From assembly GCA_945870205.1 (NCBI GenBank), contig CAMBRI010000009.1, positions 6,287 to 30,286 of the forward strand: 24,000 nucleotides of DNA, in the 5' to 3' direction. Source of the stretch: Sulfuritalea hydrogenivorans sk43H (GTDB lineage: Bacteria; Pseudomonadota; Gammaproteobacteria; Burkholderiales; Rhodocyclaceae). Below are positions 13,926 to 22,457 of this stretch, piece after piece; position 1 is the first letter of the stretch, and each line of letters starts with the position of its first letter. The translations under genes were made by a program, and so were the position numbers. The notes below the pieces were generated by a model that saw only the letters and a list, made by a program, of their open reading frames with translations, made no database searches and was not told the DNA's origin.

Positions 13926-15869
13926 CTACGCGGCACCTTTGCTCAAATAATTCATCGGCCCACCCGTATAGGGCGCAAAGCCGGTGCCGAAGATTACCCC
14001 GGCATCGGCCAGTTCCGCATCCGCCACCACGCCATCCTTCACCAGGCGTTGCGTGGCTTCGAGCAGCGGCTTCAGCAGGCGCTGCGCAAGCTCCGAATTC
14101 GCGCCGCCACCGCCCGACTTCTGCGCCTTGCCATCCACCCATGCGTAGAAGCCCTTGCCCGACTTCTTGCCGAGATTTCCAGCACTGACCAGTTCAATCA
14201 ATTTTTTGGGCGGATCGGCCTCACCCACCAGTTGCCGGCCCGCGGCCACGGCGACGTCGAGCCCGACGGTATCGGCCAGTTCGATCGGGCCCATCGGCAT
14301 GCCGAAGGCCAGCATCGCGGCATCGATGGCTTCCGGCGCGATGCCTTGATCGACGCAGCGCATGGCCTCGTTCATGTAGGGCGCGAGCACGGCATTGACC
14401 AGGAAGCCCGGCGCATCCTTGACCGGCAGCGGCAGCTTGTCGATCCGGCGCACGAAAGCAGCGGCGCGCTGCGCCACTTCCGGCGCGGTGATCTCACCGG
14501 CTACCACTTCCACCAGCGGCATCATCATTACCGGGTTGAAGAAGTGGATGCCGACCAGGCGCGAGGGGTTCTTGAATGTCGCGGCGATGTCGGCGAGCTT
14601 CAACGAGGATGTGTTCGATGCGATCAGCGCACCGGGTTTGGCGCGCGCCTCGATGTCGGCGAACAGCGCCTGCTTGGCTTCAAGGTTCTCGAAGATGGCC
14701 TCGATGATGACGTCGGCCTGGCGCACGCCGTCGCCCTTCGGGTCGGCAATCAGGCGGTCGAGCGCGAAGCGGGCCAGCATCTTGTCGCGCAGCTTCTTTT
14801 CGAGGAATTTCGCGGCACGGCCGACGGCCGGCGCAATGCGTTCGATGGACTGATCCTGCAGCGTCACCGTCATGCCGCGCAGCACGCACCAGGCGGCAAT
14901 GTCGCCACCCATGACCCCGGCGCCGACCACATGCACATGGCGCGGGGCGAAACCGGAAGCCTCCTTGCCAAAGCCCTTGAGCCGGTCCTGCAGGAAGAAA
15001 ACCCGGATCAGGTTGCGCGTGGTCGGGTGTTTGACCAGCGCGTCGAGCGAAGTGGGCCGATCCGCCGGCACCGCCAGCGTGTTGCCGCCGTAGTTCTGCC
15101 ACTGATCGATGATGGCGTAGGGCGCCGGGTAGTGTTCCTGCCGGGCGCGCTTGGCCACCTGCTTGCGGACAGCGCTGGCGACCATGCCTTTCAGCGGCCC
15201 GTTCATCAGCTTCTGCATGAACGGAAGCTTTTCCTGGCGCGGCGGCTTGCCCGACAGCACCAGCATGCGCGCCGCATTTTCCATGACGCGCGGCGGCACG
15301 CATTCGTCGGCGAGGCCCATTTTTTTCGCGCGGTTGGCGTCGATATTCTTGCCGGTCAGCATCATGTCCAGCGCCGCCGCCGGGCCAACTATTTGCGGCA
15401 GGCGCAGCATGCCACCCCAGCCGGGGACGATGCCGAGCATGACTTCCGGCAGCGCGAACTTGGTGCCCGGTTCATCGACCGCGATGCGGTAGCGGCAGGC
15501 CAGGGCCAGTTCGGTGCCGCCGCCCATGCAGTGGCCGCGCACCAGCGCCAGCGGCGGGTAGCTCACGTCCGCCAGTCGGTTGTAGCTGTCCCAGCCGCGC
15601 TTGATCAGCGCTCTGGCCTTTTCCGGAGTGTCGGCTGAAGTGAATTCCTCGATGTTGGCGCCGGCGATGAATCCGGCTTCCTTGGCGGATTTGAAGATCA
15701 GACCCTTGGGGGGATTCTTTTCGCATTCATCGAGGATGAGTCCGAGTTCGGTCATCACTGCCGCGCCCAGGGTATTGGTCGAGGAGTCGGCGGTGTCGAG
15801 GATGGCCCAGGCGAGCCCCGCATTTGGGGCGCTTGTCTCGCGTTCGAGTTTCCAGTGCGTGTAAGTCAT
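13926..15869 (-). CDS. Bifunctional enoyl-CoA hydratase / 3-hydroxyacyl-CoA dehydrogenase (FadB/FadJ-like)
   Basis: I place the start at the ATG at 15869 (MTYTHWKLE), which overlaps the thiolase stop as TGATG. The longer track ORF to 16136 overlaps the thiolase gene. N-terminal crotonase fold (GFIAGANIEEF, GHCMGGGTELALAC). 3HCDH Rossmann motif (VHVVGAGVMGGDIA). C-terminal 3HCDH domain. Confidence 0.88.
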   Translation of the reverse strand: MTYTHWKLERETSAPNAGLAWAILDTADSSTNTLGAAVMTELGLILDECEKNPPKGLIFKSAKEAGFIAGANIEEFTSADTPEKARALIKRGWDSYNRLADVSYPPLALVRGHCMGGGTELALACRYRIAVDEPGTKFALPEVMLGIVPGWGGMLRLPQIVGPAAALDMMLTGKNIDANRAKKMGLADECVPPRVMENAARMLVLSGKPPRQEKLPFMQKLMNGPLKGMVASAVRKQVAKRARQEHYPAPYAIIDQWQNYGGNTLAVPADRPTSLDALVKHPTTRNLIRVFFLQDRLKGFGKEASGFAPRHVHVVGAGVMGGDIAAWCVLRGMTVTLQDQSIERIAPAVGRAAKFLEKKLRDKMLARFALDRLIADPKGDGVRQADVIIEAIFENLEAKQALFADIEARAKPGALIASNTSSLKLADIAATFKNPSRLVGIHFFNPVMMMPLVEVVAGEITAPEVAQRAAAFVRRIDKLPLPVKDAPGFLVNAVLAPYMNEAMRCVDQGIAPEAIDAAMLAFGMPMGPIELADTVGLDVAVAAGRQLVGEADPPKKLIELVSAGNLGKKSGKGFYAWVDGKAQKSGGGGANSELAQRLLKPLLEATQRLVKDGVVADAELADAGVIFGTGFAPYTGGPMNYLSKGAA

Positions 15870-17170
15870 CAAACTGCCTCCACCAATACGGCACCGCCCT
15901 GCCCGCCGCCTATGCAGATCGTGGCGATGCCGCATCTGCTGCGTTTGCCACCCTGTTCGCGCCGCAGGATGTGCAGCAGATGCAGCACGATGCGCGCACC
16001 CGAGGCCCCGACCGGATGACCCAGTGCGATGGCGCCGCCGTCGACGTTCAGCTTTGCCGGGTCCAGAGTGCCCAGCGGCGCGTCCAGACCCAGTTCGTCC
16101 TTGCAATAGGCGGGGTCTTCCCAGGCCTTGATGCAACCCATCACCTGTGCGGCGAAGGCCTCGTTGATTTCCCAGGCGTCAAGGTCGTTCAGGCCGAGGC
16201 CGTGGCGCTGCAGGATGGGTGTCGCCGCATGCACCGGGCCGAGGCCCATCTGCGCCGGGTCGAGGCCGGCCCATTGCGTGTCGGTGATCCTGCCGATGGG
16301 TGTCAGCTTGTACTTCTCCACCGCCTCGCTTGATGCCAGCAGCAGCCAGGCGGCGCCATCGGTAATTTGCGAACTGTTGCCCGGCGTGATCTTGCCGTAG
16401 CTGCGATCGAAGAAGGGCTTGAGTTTGGCCAGGCCCGCGAGGTTCGAGTCATGGCGCACACCGTCGTCTTCGGCATACACCGTGCCGTCGCTGCCGATCA
16501 GCGGCACGATTTCATCGAAGCGGCCGGCCTTCTGCGCGGCCGATACCTTCTGGTGGCTATCGACCGAGAAGGCATCCATCTGCTGGCGCGAAATGCCGAA
16601 CTTCCAGGCCAGGTTCTCGGCGGTCTGGCCCATCATCAGGTTCACCACCGGGTCGGTCAGGCCCTTGACGATGCCGATCACGGGGGTGAGCAGTGCGCCT
16701 ATGCGCAGTTTGGCGAACATGCCGAGGCGGGCACCCAGCGTGCGTGCCTGCGCCATCCGCGAGAACCACATGACCATCTTGTCCGAATAGAGCAGGTGGG
16801 TGCGCGACAACGCATCGACACCGCCGGCCATGACAAGTTGCGAGCGCCCGTTCTGAATGTTGGCGATGGCCGAATCGATGGCCTGCATCCCTGAGGCGCA
16901 GTTGCGCATCACGGTCCAGCCCGGCACCTTGTTGCCGCAACCCAGGCGCAAGGCAATAACGCGGCCAATATTGACTTCATCAACGCTGGGACCGGCGCAT
17001 CCGACAATCACTTCGTCGAGCTGGTCGGGGGCAAAGGGCTGGCGCGCCAGCAGGACGCGGCCGGAGATCGTGGCGAGGTCGGAGGCCGAAAAGGGGCCGG
17101 GGACGTTGCGCGATTTCAGGAAGGGTGAGCGGGCGCCATCGACGATATAAACGGGTTCGAATTTGCTCAT
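15869..17170 (-). CDS. Acetyl-CoA C-acyltransferase (3-ketoacyl-CoA thiolase, FadA/FadI type)
   Basis: 433-aa ORF. Active-site Cys context MRNCASGMQAIDSA. NSSQITDGAA, NEAFAAQ, GGAIALGHPVGASGARI and C-terminal CIGGGQGGAVLVE. Has the FadI-like insertion (ARTLGARLGMFAKLRIGALL). Confidence 0.9.
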   Translation of the reverse strand: MSKFEPVYIVDGARSPFLKSRNVPGPFSASDLATISGRVLLARQPFAPDQLDEVIVGCAGPSVDEVNIGRVIALRLGCGNKVPGWTVMRNCASGMQAIDSAIANIQNGRSQLVMAGGVDALSRTHLLYSDKMVMWFSRMAQARTLGARLGMFAKLRIGALLTPVIGIVKGLTDPVVNLMMGQTAENLAWKFGISRQQMDAFSVDSHQKVSAAQKAGRFDEIVPLIGSDGTVYAEDDGVRHDSNLAGLAKLKPFFDRSYGKITPGNSSQITDGAAWLLLASSEAVEKYKLTPIGRITDTQWAGLDPAQMGLGPVHAATPILQRHGLGLNDLDAWEINEAFAAQVMGCIKAWEDPAYCKDELGLDAPLGTLDPAKLNVDGGAIALGHPVGASGARIVLHLLHILRREQGGKRSRCGIATICIGGGQGGAVLVEAV

Positions 17171-17172
17171 GA

Positions 17173-19509
17173 CTAGGCCGCCTTGCGCAGGGTTCCGCTG
17201 AGGGGCGGGGTCGACACCTGTTCCGGGGCGAAATCCTGCGGGAAGTCATCGACGGCGATGGCCTTGTCGCGCAGCACGATGCGCCGCTGCAGCAGGGCCT
17301 GCTCCTCGGCGGAAATGACGCCGGCCTCGCGGGCGTGGGCAGCCATGCTTGCCGCATCGCCGGCGCCAACTCTTCCATCCCTGACCGCGGCGCGGATGCG
17401 CGCCTCGATCGGCTCGGCAGCCATGGTGGCCTCCAAGGCCAGTTCGACGACGCCGACGGCGTCATTCTCATCGCGCGGCACATACATGCCGGCGGTGAGG
17501 CGGTCGCGCGTCGCCGAGGGTTCGATCAGCATGCGCGCCACCGCGTGGCCGAGCTTGTCGGACGGCACCTCGTAGGGGCGACCGAGCGGGAAGATGTACC
17601 AGTGCAGCAGGGCGGCAATGAAGCGGCTGGGGTAGTTCGAGATCACGCCCTCGAAGGCGTTCTGCATCTTGAACATGGCGTCCCAGATCGCCCAGTGCAT
17701 CAGCGGTGCATCGGCGGCCTGGCGGCCCTCGTCCTCGTAGCGCTTGAGCGTGGCGGAACACAGGTACATCAGGGACAGGATGTCGCCCAGTCGCGCCGAG
17801 AGCTTTTCCTTGCGCTTCAGGTCGCCGCCCATGACGAACATGGAAACGTCGGAGATGAACGCGAAGGCCGCCGAAAAGCGCGTCAGTTGCTGATAGTAGC
17901 GCCTGGTTTCGGGCGCCACGCCAGCCGGCGCCGGGCCGAAGTGCGAACCGGTAAGACCCATGCTCCAGGCGCGGAAACCGCGGCTCCAGGAAAACCAGAG
18001 ATGGCTGGACAGGGCCTTGTCGAAGTCGCGCAGTCCCTTCGTCGCATCGGGTTCGCGCGCCGCTTGCATTTCCTTCAGCACATACGGATGGCAGCGGATC
18101 GCTCCCTGGCCGAAGATGATCAGGCTGCGGGTCAGGATGTTGGCGCCCTCGACAGTGATGGCGACCGGGATCTGCTGGTAGGCGCGGCCCATGAAATTGT
18201 TCGGCCCGAGGCAGATGCCCTTGCCGCCGAGAATGTCCATGGCATCGTTCACCACCTGCCGGGTGCGCTCGGTGACGTGGTACTTGACGATGGCCGAGAC
18301 TACCGAGGGCTTTTCGCCCAGGTCGATGGCGCCGGCGGTCATGGTCCGCGCCGCGTCCATCATGTAGGTGTAGCCGCCCATGCGCGCCAGGGGTTCCTCG
18401 ATGCCTTCGAACTTGCCGATGGCGGTCTTGAACTGGCTGCGGACGCGGGCGTAGCCACCGGTGGCGCGTACCGCGAGCTTGGCCATGCCGGTGTTGGAGG
18501 ATGGCAGCGAAATAGAGCGCCCCGCCGCCAGGCATTCCATGAGCATGCGCCAGCCCTGGCCGGCCATGGCCGGCCCGCCGATGATCCAGTCGAGCGGCAT
18601 GAACACGTCCTGGCCCGAGTTCGGCCCGTTCTGGAACACGGCATTGAGCGGGAAATGGCGGCGGCCGATGTTCACGCCGGGATGGTCGGTCGGCACCAGC
18701 GCGCAGGTAATGCCCAAATCATCGACCTCACCCAGCAGATGGTCGGGGTCGTGCAAACGAAAAGCCAGGCCGAGGATGGTGCAGATCGGCCCCAGCGTGA
18801 TGTAGCGCTTGTCCCAGGTGACGCGCATGCCGGTCACTTCCCGGCCTTGCCACTGACCCTTGCAGACGATACCGAGGTCGGGGATGGACGCAGCGTCCGA
18901 GCCGGCATGGGGGTTGGTGAGGGCGAAGGCGGGAATTTCCAGGCCCTTGGCCAGTCGCGGCAGGTAGTGGTTCTTCTGTTCCTCGGTGCCGTAGTGCAAC
19001 AGCAGTTCGGCCGGGCCGAGCGAGTTGGGGACCATGACCGAAACCGCGGCTACCGAGCAGCGGGTCGACAATTTCTGCACCACCGCCGAATGGGCAAGGG
19101 CAGAAAACTCGAGGCCGCTATAGCGTTTCGGGATGATCATGCCGAGGAAGCCCTTTTCCTTCACGTAGGCCCAGACCTCGGGCGGCAGATCGTGATGGAT
19201 CTGGGTGGTCGCCCAATCGTTGGTCATGGCGCACAGCGCCTCGCATTCGGTGTCGAGAAAGGATTGCTCCACCGCCGACAATTTTGGCTTCGGGTAATCG
19301 AGCAGCTTCTGCCAGGCCGGCTTGCCGGAGAACAACTCGCCCTCCCACCAGACGGTGCCGGCTTCCAGGGCCTCTTTTTCGGTCTGCGACATCGCCGGCA
19401 GCAGCTTCTTGTAGGCGGCGAACATCGAGCCCGTCAGCACGGCGCGGCGCAGGGGTGGCAGCAAGAGTATGGCGGCCGTCGCGGCGATCAGTGTCAATAA
19501 CCAGGTCAT
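17173..19509 (-). CDS. fadE: Large membrane-anchored acyl-CoA dehydrogenase (FadE type)
   Basis: 778-aa ORF, collinear with my recollection of E. coli FadE: TEKEALEAGTVWWEGELF, VPNSLGPAELLLHYGTEEQK, FALTNPHAGSDA, ITCALVPTDHPGV, AGQGWRMLMECLAAGR, VEGANILTRSLIIFGQGAIRCHPY. Strong SD AAGGAG 5 nt before the ATG. Confidence 0.92.
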   Translation of the reverse strand: MTWLLTLIAATAAILLLPPLRRAVLTGSMFAAYKKLLPAMSQTEKEALEAGTVWWEGELFSGKPAWQKLLDYPKPKLSAVEQSFLDTECEALCAMTNDWATTQIHHDLPPEVWAYVKEKGFLGMIIPKRYSGLEFSALAHSAVVQKLSTRCSVAAVSVMVPNSLGPAELLLHYGTEEQKNHYLPRLAKGLEIPAFALTNPHAGSDAASIPDLGIVCKGQWQGREVTGMRVTWDKRYITLGPICTILGLAFRLHDPDHLLGEVDDLGITCALVPTDHPGVNIGRRHFPLNAVFQNGPNSGQDVFMPLDWIIGGPAMAGQGWRMLMECLAAGRSISLPSSNTGMAKLAVRATGGYARVRSQFKTAIGKFEGIEEPLARMGGYTYMMDAARTMTAGAIDLGEKPSVVSAIVKYHVTERTRQVVNDAMDILGGKGICLGPNNFMGRAYQQIPVAITVEGANILTRSLIIFGQGAIRCHPYVLKEMQAAREPDATKGLRDFDKALSSHLWFSWSRGFRAWSMGLTGSHFGPAPAGVAPETRRYYQQLTRFSAAFAFISDVSMFVMGGDLKRKEKLSARLGDILSLMYLCSATLKRYEDEGRQAADAPLMHWAIWDAMFKMQNAFEGVISNYPSRFIAALLHWYIFPLGRPYEVPSDKLGHAVARMLIEPSATRDRLTAGMYVPRDENDAVGVVELALEATMAAEPIEARIRAAVRDGRVGAGDAASMAAHAREAGVISAEEQALLQRRIVLRDKAIAVDDFPQDFAPEQVSTPPLSGTLRKAA

Positions 19510-19535
19510 GGCAATCTCCTTGTAGTCATTCGAGG

Positions 19536-20207
19536 TCAGGCGGCGCGCCGGGCGCGCTGCTTTTTGGCCGGCTTGGCCTGGATTTCAGGAAGCGGCGCGC
19601 GCAAGCCGCCGATGAGGAAGCTCATCAGTCGGGCGTAGAGTGCATCGGGGTCGGAATCGTCGATCGGCCCCAGCAGACGCAGCGCATCGGCCCCTGAAAT
19701 GGCGTAGGACAGGGCGCCCATCATGAAATGAAAACGCCAGAGGAATTCCTCCTGCGGCACGTCGGGCAGGGCCTTGAAGAAGGCCGCCTTGAAGCGGGCG
19801 ATGACTTCGGCGTATTCCTCGGCCAGAAACGTGCGCACGAAATCGGTCGGTTCCGTGTAGGTACGGCCCAGCAGGCGCATGAAGGTCTGGCCGCCATTCT
19901 TGTCGGCGGCCATGCGGATCGCCACGCCGAAGAAGGCTTCAACAATCTGGCGTGGCTTCAGCGGCGCGCCCCTGGCCTCGGCTTCGAAGGCATCCAGCGC
20001 GGCGATGCGCTGCTCGTTGAGCCAGGTCAGGCGGCGGCGGAACACCGCCTCGATCAGGGACTCCTTCGAGCCGAAGTGATAATTCACCGCGGCCAGGTTG
20101 GCCTGTGCCCCGGTGGTGATCATGCGCAGCGTCGTTGCATCGAGGCCATGCTGCACCAGGAGCTTTTCGGCGGCGTCGAGAATGCGAGAGCGGGTGTCGG
20201 GTTCCAT
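19536..20207 (-). CDS. TetR-family transcriptional regulator (PsrA/FadR-like candidate)
   Basis: HTH region RSRILDAAEKLLVQHGLDATTLRMITTGAQANLAAVNYHFGSKESL. I prefer the ATG at 20207 (MEPDTRS) over the track's TTG at 20228. It lies 26 nt upstream of fadE on the same strand. Confidence 0.85.
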   Translation of the reverse strand: MEPDTRSRILDAAEKLLVQHGLDATTLRMITTGAQANLAAVNYHFGSKESLIEAVFRRRLTWLNEQRIAALDAFEAEARGAPLKPRQIVEAFFGVAIRMAADKNGGQTFMRLLGRTYTEPTDFVRTFLAEEYAEVIARFKAAFFKALPDVPQEEFLWRFHFMMGALSYAISGADALRLLGPIDDSDPDALYARLMSFLIGGLRAPLPEIQAKPAKKQRARRAA

Positions 20208-20225
20208 GGACGGGCAGGCCTTTGA

Positions 20226-20259
20226 CAAACAAGAGTTTCAAACAGTTGTTTTAAGTTTG
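20226..20259. promoter_or_regulatory. Candidate TetR/PsrA-type operator(s)
   Basis: CAAAC-aaga-GTTTC at 20226-20239 fits the PsrA-type half-site pattern (G/C)AAAC-N2-4-GTTT(G/C). A further CAAAC (20239-20243) and GTTTG (20255-20259) are adjacent. The site lies 19-52 nt upstream of the tetR ATG and overlaps the predicted -10/TSS. Confidence 0.4.
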
Positions 20260-20282
20260 CATAGGGACGGAGCGGATGTCAA
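20254..20282 (-). promoter_or_regulatory. Candidate sigma70 promoter of the tetR-fad operon
   Basis: On the minus strand: TTGACA (20282-20277), 17-nt spacer, CAAACT (20259-20254). Confidence 0.4.
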
Positions 20283-20358
20283 TCCCCGACCGACTCCGGG
20301 TTGCCCGCGCCAAGCAGGATTCGCACCGTCTCCGCGGCGCCCGCAGGGGGAATCGGCA

Positions 20359-20387
20359 TTGACCGGGCTGGGGAGGTCAAGGATACT
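20359..20387 (+). promoter_or_regulatory. Candidate sigma70 promoter for the DUF342 gene
   Basis: TTGACC (20359-20364), 17-nt spacer, GATACT (20382-20387). It is followed by the palindrome ggcct-tgc-aggcc at the expected TSS. Confidence 0.35.
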
Positions 20388-20428
20388 CGGGCCTTGCAGG
20401 CCTGTTTCCTGCACCCGGAATCCACCCG

Positions 20429-22447
20429 ATGGCCCAGCCAGATCACCATCCAGCACTTTCGCCCGAGCCGCCGGCGCCCTTCGACCCAGGGCGCACGACG
20501 ACGGTCGGCGCCCTGGGCGCGGGCGAGATTCTGCTGCCGGACTTCGTTGTCCGCGACGCAAGCGGCGTGATGGTAGACGCCGGCAAGATGGTGGGCCTGG
20601 GCGAAATGCAACGCCTAGTTGATCGGGTATTCACGGCGGGCTCCTTCTTCGTCGGTCTCGACTATGCCGCCCTGTCGCAACTGCTTTATCCGCCCGCGGC
20701 CGCGGTGCCCCTGAGCGCCCGCGCGGAGGCGGGCATGGTGCGCATCGCCGACGGCATTGCCCCGTTCACGGACGAGCGGCGCGAACTGTACAAGGCAGCG
20801 AAGCCCGCCGACAGCGGTGCCCGCATCGAATATGTTTTTTCGCCAGTACGTTTCGAGCGCATCGTTGAAGTGCCCATCTTCGGCGATGTGGATGCGGACG
20901 GCCAACCGATCCTGACCGGCTACGACAAACAGGTTCGCTACGAGCCGACCATGCTGAATGTCGACGAATTTGTCGCCGCCATGTGGGCCCGGGGCATTCG
21001 CAGCGGCATCGATATCGCCGCCGTGCGTGCCGCCATCGCTTCGGGACGCGACGAGCGCGTGGACATCGCACGACGTCTGGATCCCAAGCCCGGCACCGAT
21101 GCGACGGTGCAGGAACAGACCGAGGCCCTGCATCGTGATGATTCACCGTCCATCCTGCCCAGCGGCAAGGTCGATCTGAGTCATTTCAAGAACCATTTCC
21201 CGCAGGTATCGGCCGGCACCTGCCTGCTCAAAAAGCAGCCCAGAAACCTTGGCGTACCGGGCCTGGACACCGACGGCACGGTGCTGGAAGCCGCCCTGCC
21301 GCGCGACTTCGAGCTGGAAGAGCTGGCCGGTCTTGGCACCCGGATCGAGCGCACCGCCAAGGGCGAATTCCTGTTCGCGGCGCGCGATGGCTTCCTCAAC
21401 ATCGACACCAAATCGCATCAGATCTCGATTACCGAAAAGATCATCAATCGCGAGGGAGTAAGCCTGCGCACCACAGGCAACCTCACGCTGGCCGGAGACC
21501 AGTACGAAGAACACGGCGAGGTGCAGGAGCGCCGGGTGGTGGAAGGCAAGCACATGATCTTTCATGCCGACGTGTTCGGCGAGATCGTGTCGAATGGCGG
21601 ACACATTCATCTGCATGTCAATCTCGCCGGCGGCAAGGTGAGGAACACCGGAGGCCTGATCCAGATCGACGGCCGCGCTTCGCGTGCCGTGCTCGATGCG
21701 CGCAGCGGCGAAGTGCAGGCGAAGTATGCCGAAGGCAGCATCGTGATCGCCGGCAAGGTAAGGCTGGTCCGCGCGGTAGCCTGCGACATCGTCGCCGAAG
21801 ACGTCGAAATCGATGAAGCGATCGGCTGCACCATCGCGGCGCGGCGCATTCGCATTACCAGCGCCGGGGGGCGCCGGGGAACAGAAACGCTGCTTACGGT
21901 CTGCGTTCCCGACTTTGCCGCGCTCGACAAGCGGCGGACCGAATCGGGCAAGGAGATCGACAAATTGAAGCAGCGCATCGCCGCCAAGCAGGTGGTGCTC
22001 GACGAGCGCATGGCAACGGCCGAGATTCGAAAGTACATCACCGCGGACCGGCGGATTCGCTCCGGCGAACTCAAGCTGACGCCGGCCCAGGATGAGCAGT
22101 GGCACCACGCAACGCAGAAACTAGCCGGGGCCCTGTTCCAGATCCAGACCTTGCAGAAGGAAATCGAGGTGCTCAATGCGGGCCTTGCTGAACTCGACGA
22201 GCAACTGGAAGCCCTGAACACGCAAAGAGCCGCGGCAGGCGTCGATATTCGTTGCGAAGTAGCCAAGCTGACCGGCGATGTCGCGGTGCAGACCATGGCC
22301 ATTCCGCCCGATGCGGCTGTATTCGGCGACGCGGAAGTCGGCGAAATCAAGCACCGGCTGCGCGACACGCGCGTGGTGCGACAGCGACTGTTCCGCGGCG
22401 AATCCGGTCGCTTTGCGTGGACCTGGACGCCGCCGGCGACGAACTGA
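20429..22447 (+). CDS. DUF342/FapA-family protein (beta-helical core plus C-terminal coiled coil)
   Basis: 672-aa ORF. Central region has DUF342-like features: GVPGLDTDGTVLEA, FAARDGFLNID, TTGNLTL. Repetitive beta-helix-like turns follow (HIHLHVNLAGGKVRNTGGLIQIDG..AEGSIVIAGKVRLV..AEDVEIDEAIGCTIAARRIRI), then heptad-rich KEIDKLKQRIAAKQ and LQKEIEVLNAGLAELDEQLEAL. The start is uncertain: 20429, or 20570 (MVDAGK). Confidence 0.7.
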   Translation: MAQPDHHPALSPEPPAPFDPGRTTTVGALGAGEILLPDFVVRDASGVMVDAGKMVGLGEMQRLVDRVFTAGSFFVGLDYAALSQLLYPPAAAVPLSARAEAGMVRIADGIAPFTDERRELYKAAKPADSGARIEYVFSPVRFERIVEVPIFGDVDADGQPILTGYDKQVRYEPTMLNVDEFVAAMWARGIRSGIDIAAVRAAIASGRDERVDIARRLDPKPGTDATVQEQTEALHRDDSPSILPSGKVDLSHFKNHFPQVSAGTCLLKKQPRNLGVPGLDTDGTVLEAALPRDFELEELAGLGTRIERTAKGEFLFAARDGFLNIDTKSHQISITEKIINREGVSLRTTGNLTLAGDQYEEHGEVQERRVVEGKHMIFHADVFGEIVSNGGHIHLHVNLAGGKVRNTGGLIQIDGRASRAVLDARSGEVQAKYAEGSIVIAGKVRLVRAVACDIVAEDVEIDEAIGCTIAARRIRITSAGGRRGTETLLTVCVPDFAALDKRRTESGKEIDKLKQRIAAKQVVLDERMATAEIRKYITADRRIRSGELKLTPAQDEQWHHATQKLAGALFQIQTLQKEIEVLNAGLAELDEQLEALNTQRAAAGVDIRCEVAKLTGDVAVQTMAIPPDAAVFGDAEVGEIKHRLRDTRVVRQRLFRGESGRFAWTWTPPATN

Positions 22448-22457
22448 ACCTAAATTC

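Noticed and set aside
15870-16136. N-terminal 89-aa extension of the fadB-like ORF in the track (start at 16136).
   Set aside because: The extension overlaps the 3' part of the thiolase gene and is Arg/Gly-rich nonsense. The ATG at 15869 gives a typical crotonase N-terminus and a TGATG coupling to the thiolase stop.
20098-20622. ORFs spanning the tetR/DUF342 intergenic region: 174 aa on the plus strand, plus 20238-20561(-) and 20279-20611(-).
   Set aside because: They overlap the tetR 5' end, the predicted promoters and the DUF342 N-terminus. They are Arg/Pro/Ala-rich with no motifs, and the region is better explained as divergent control DNA.
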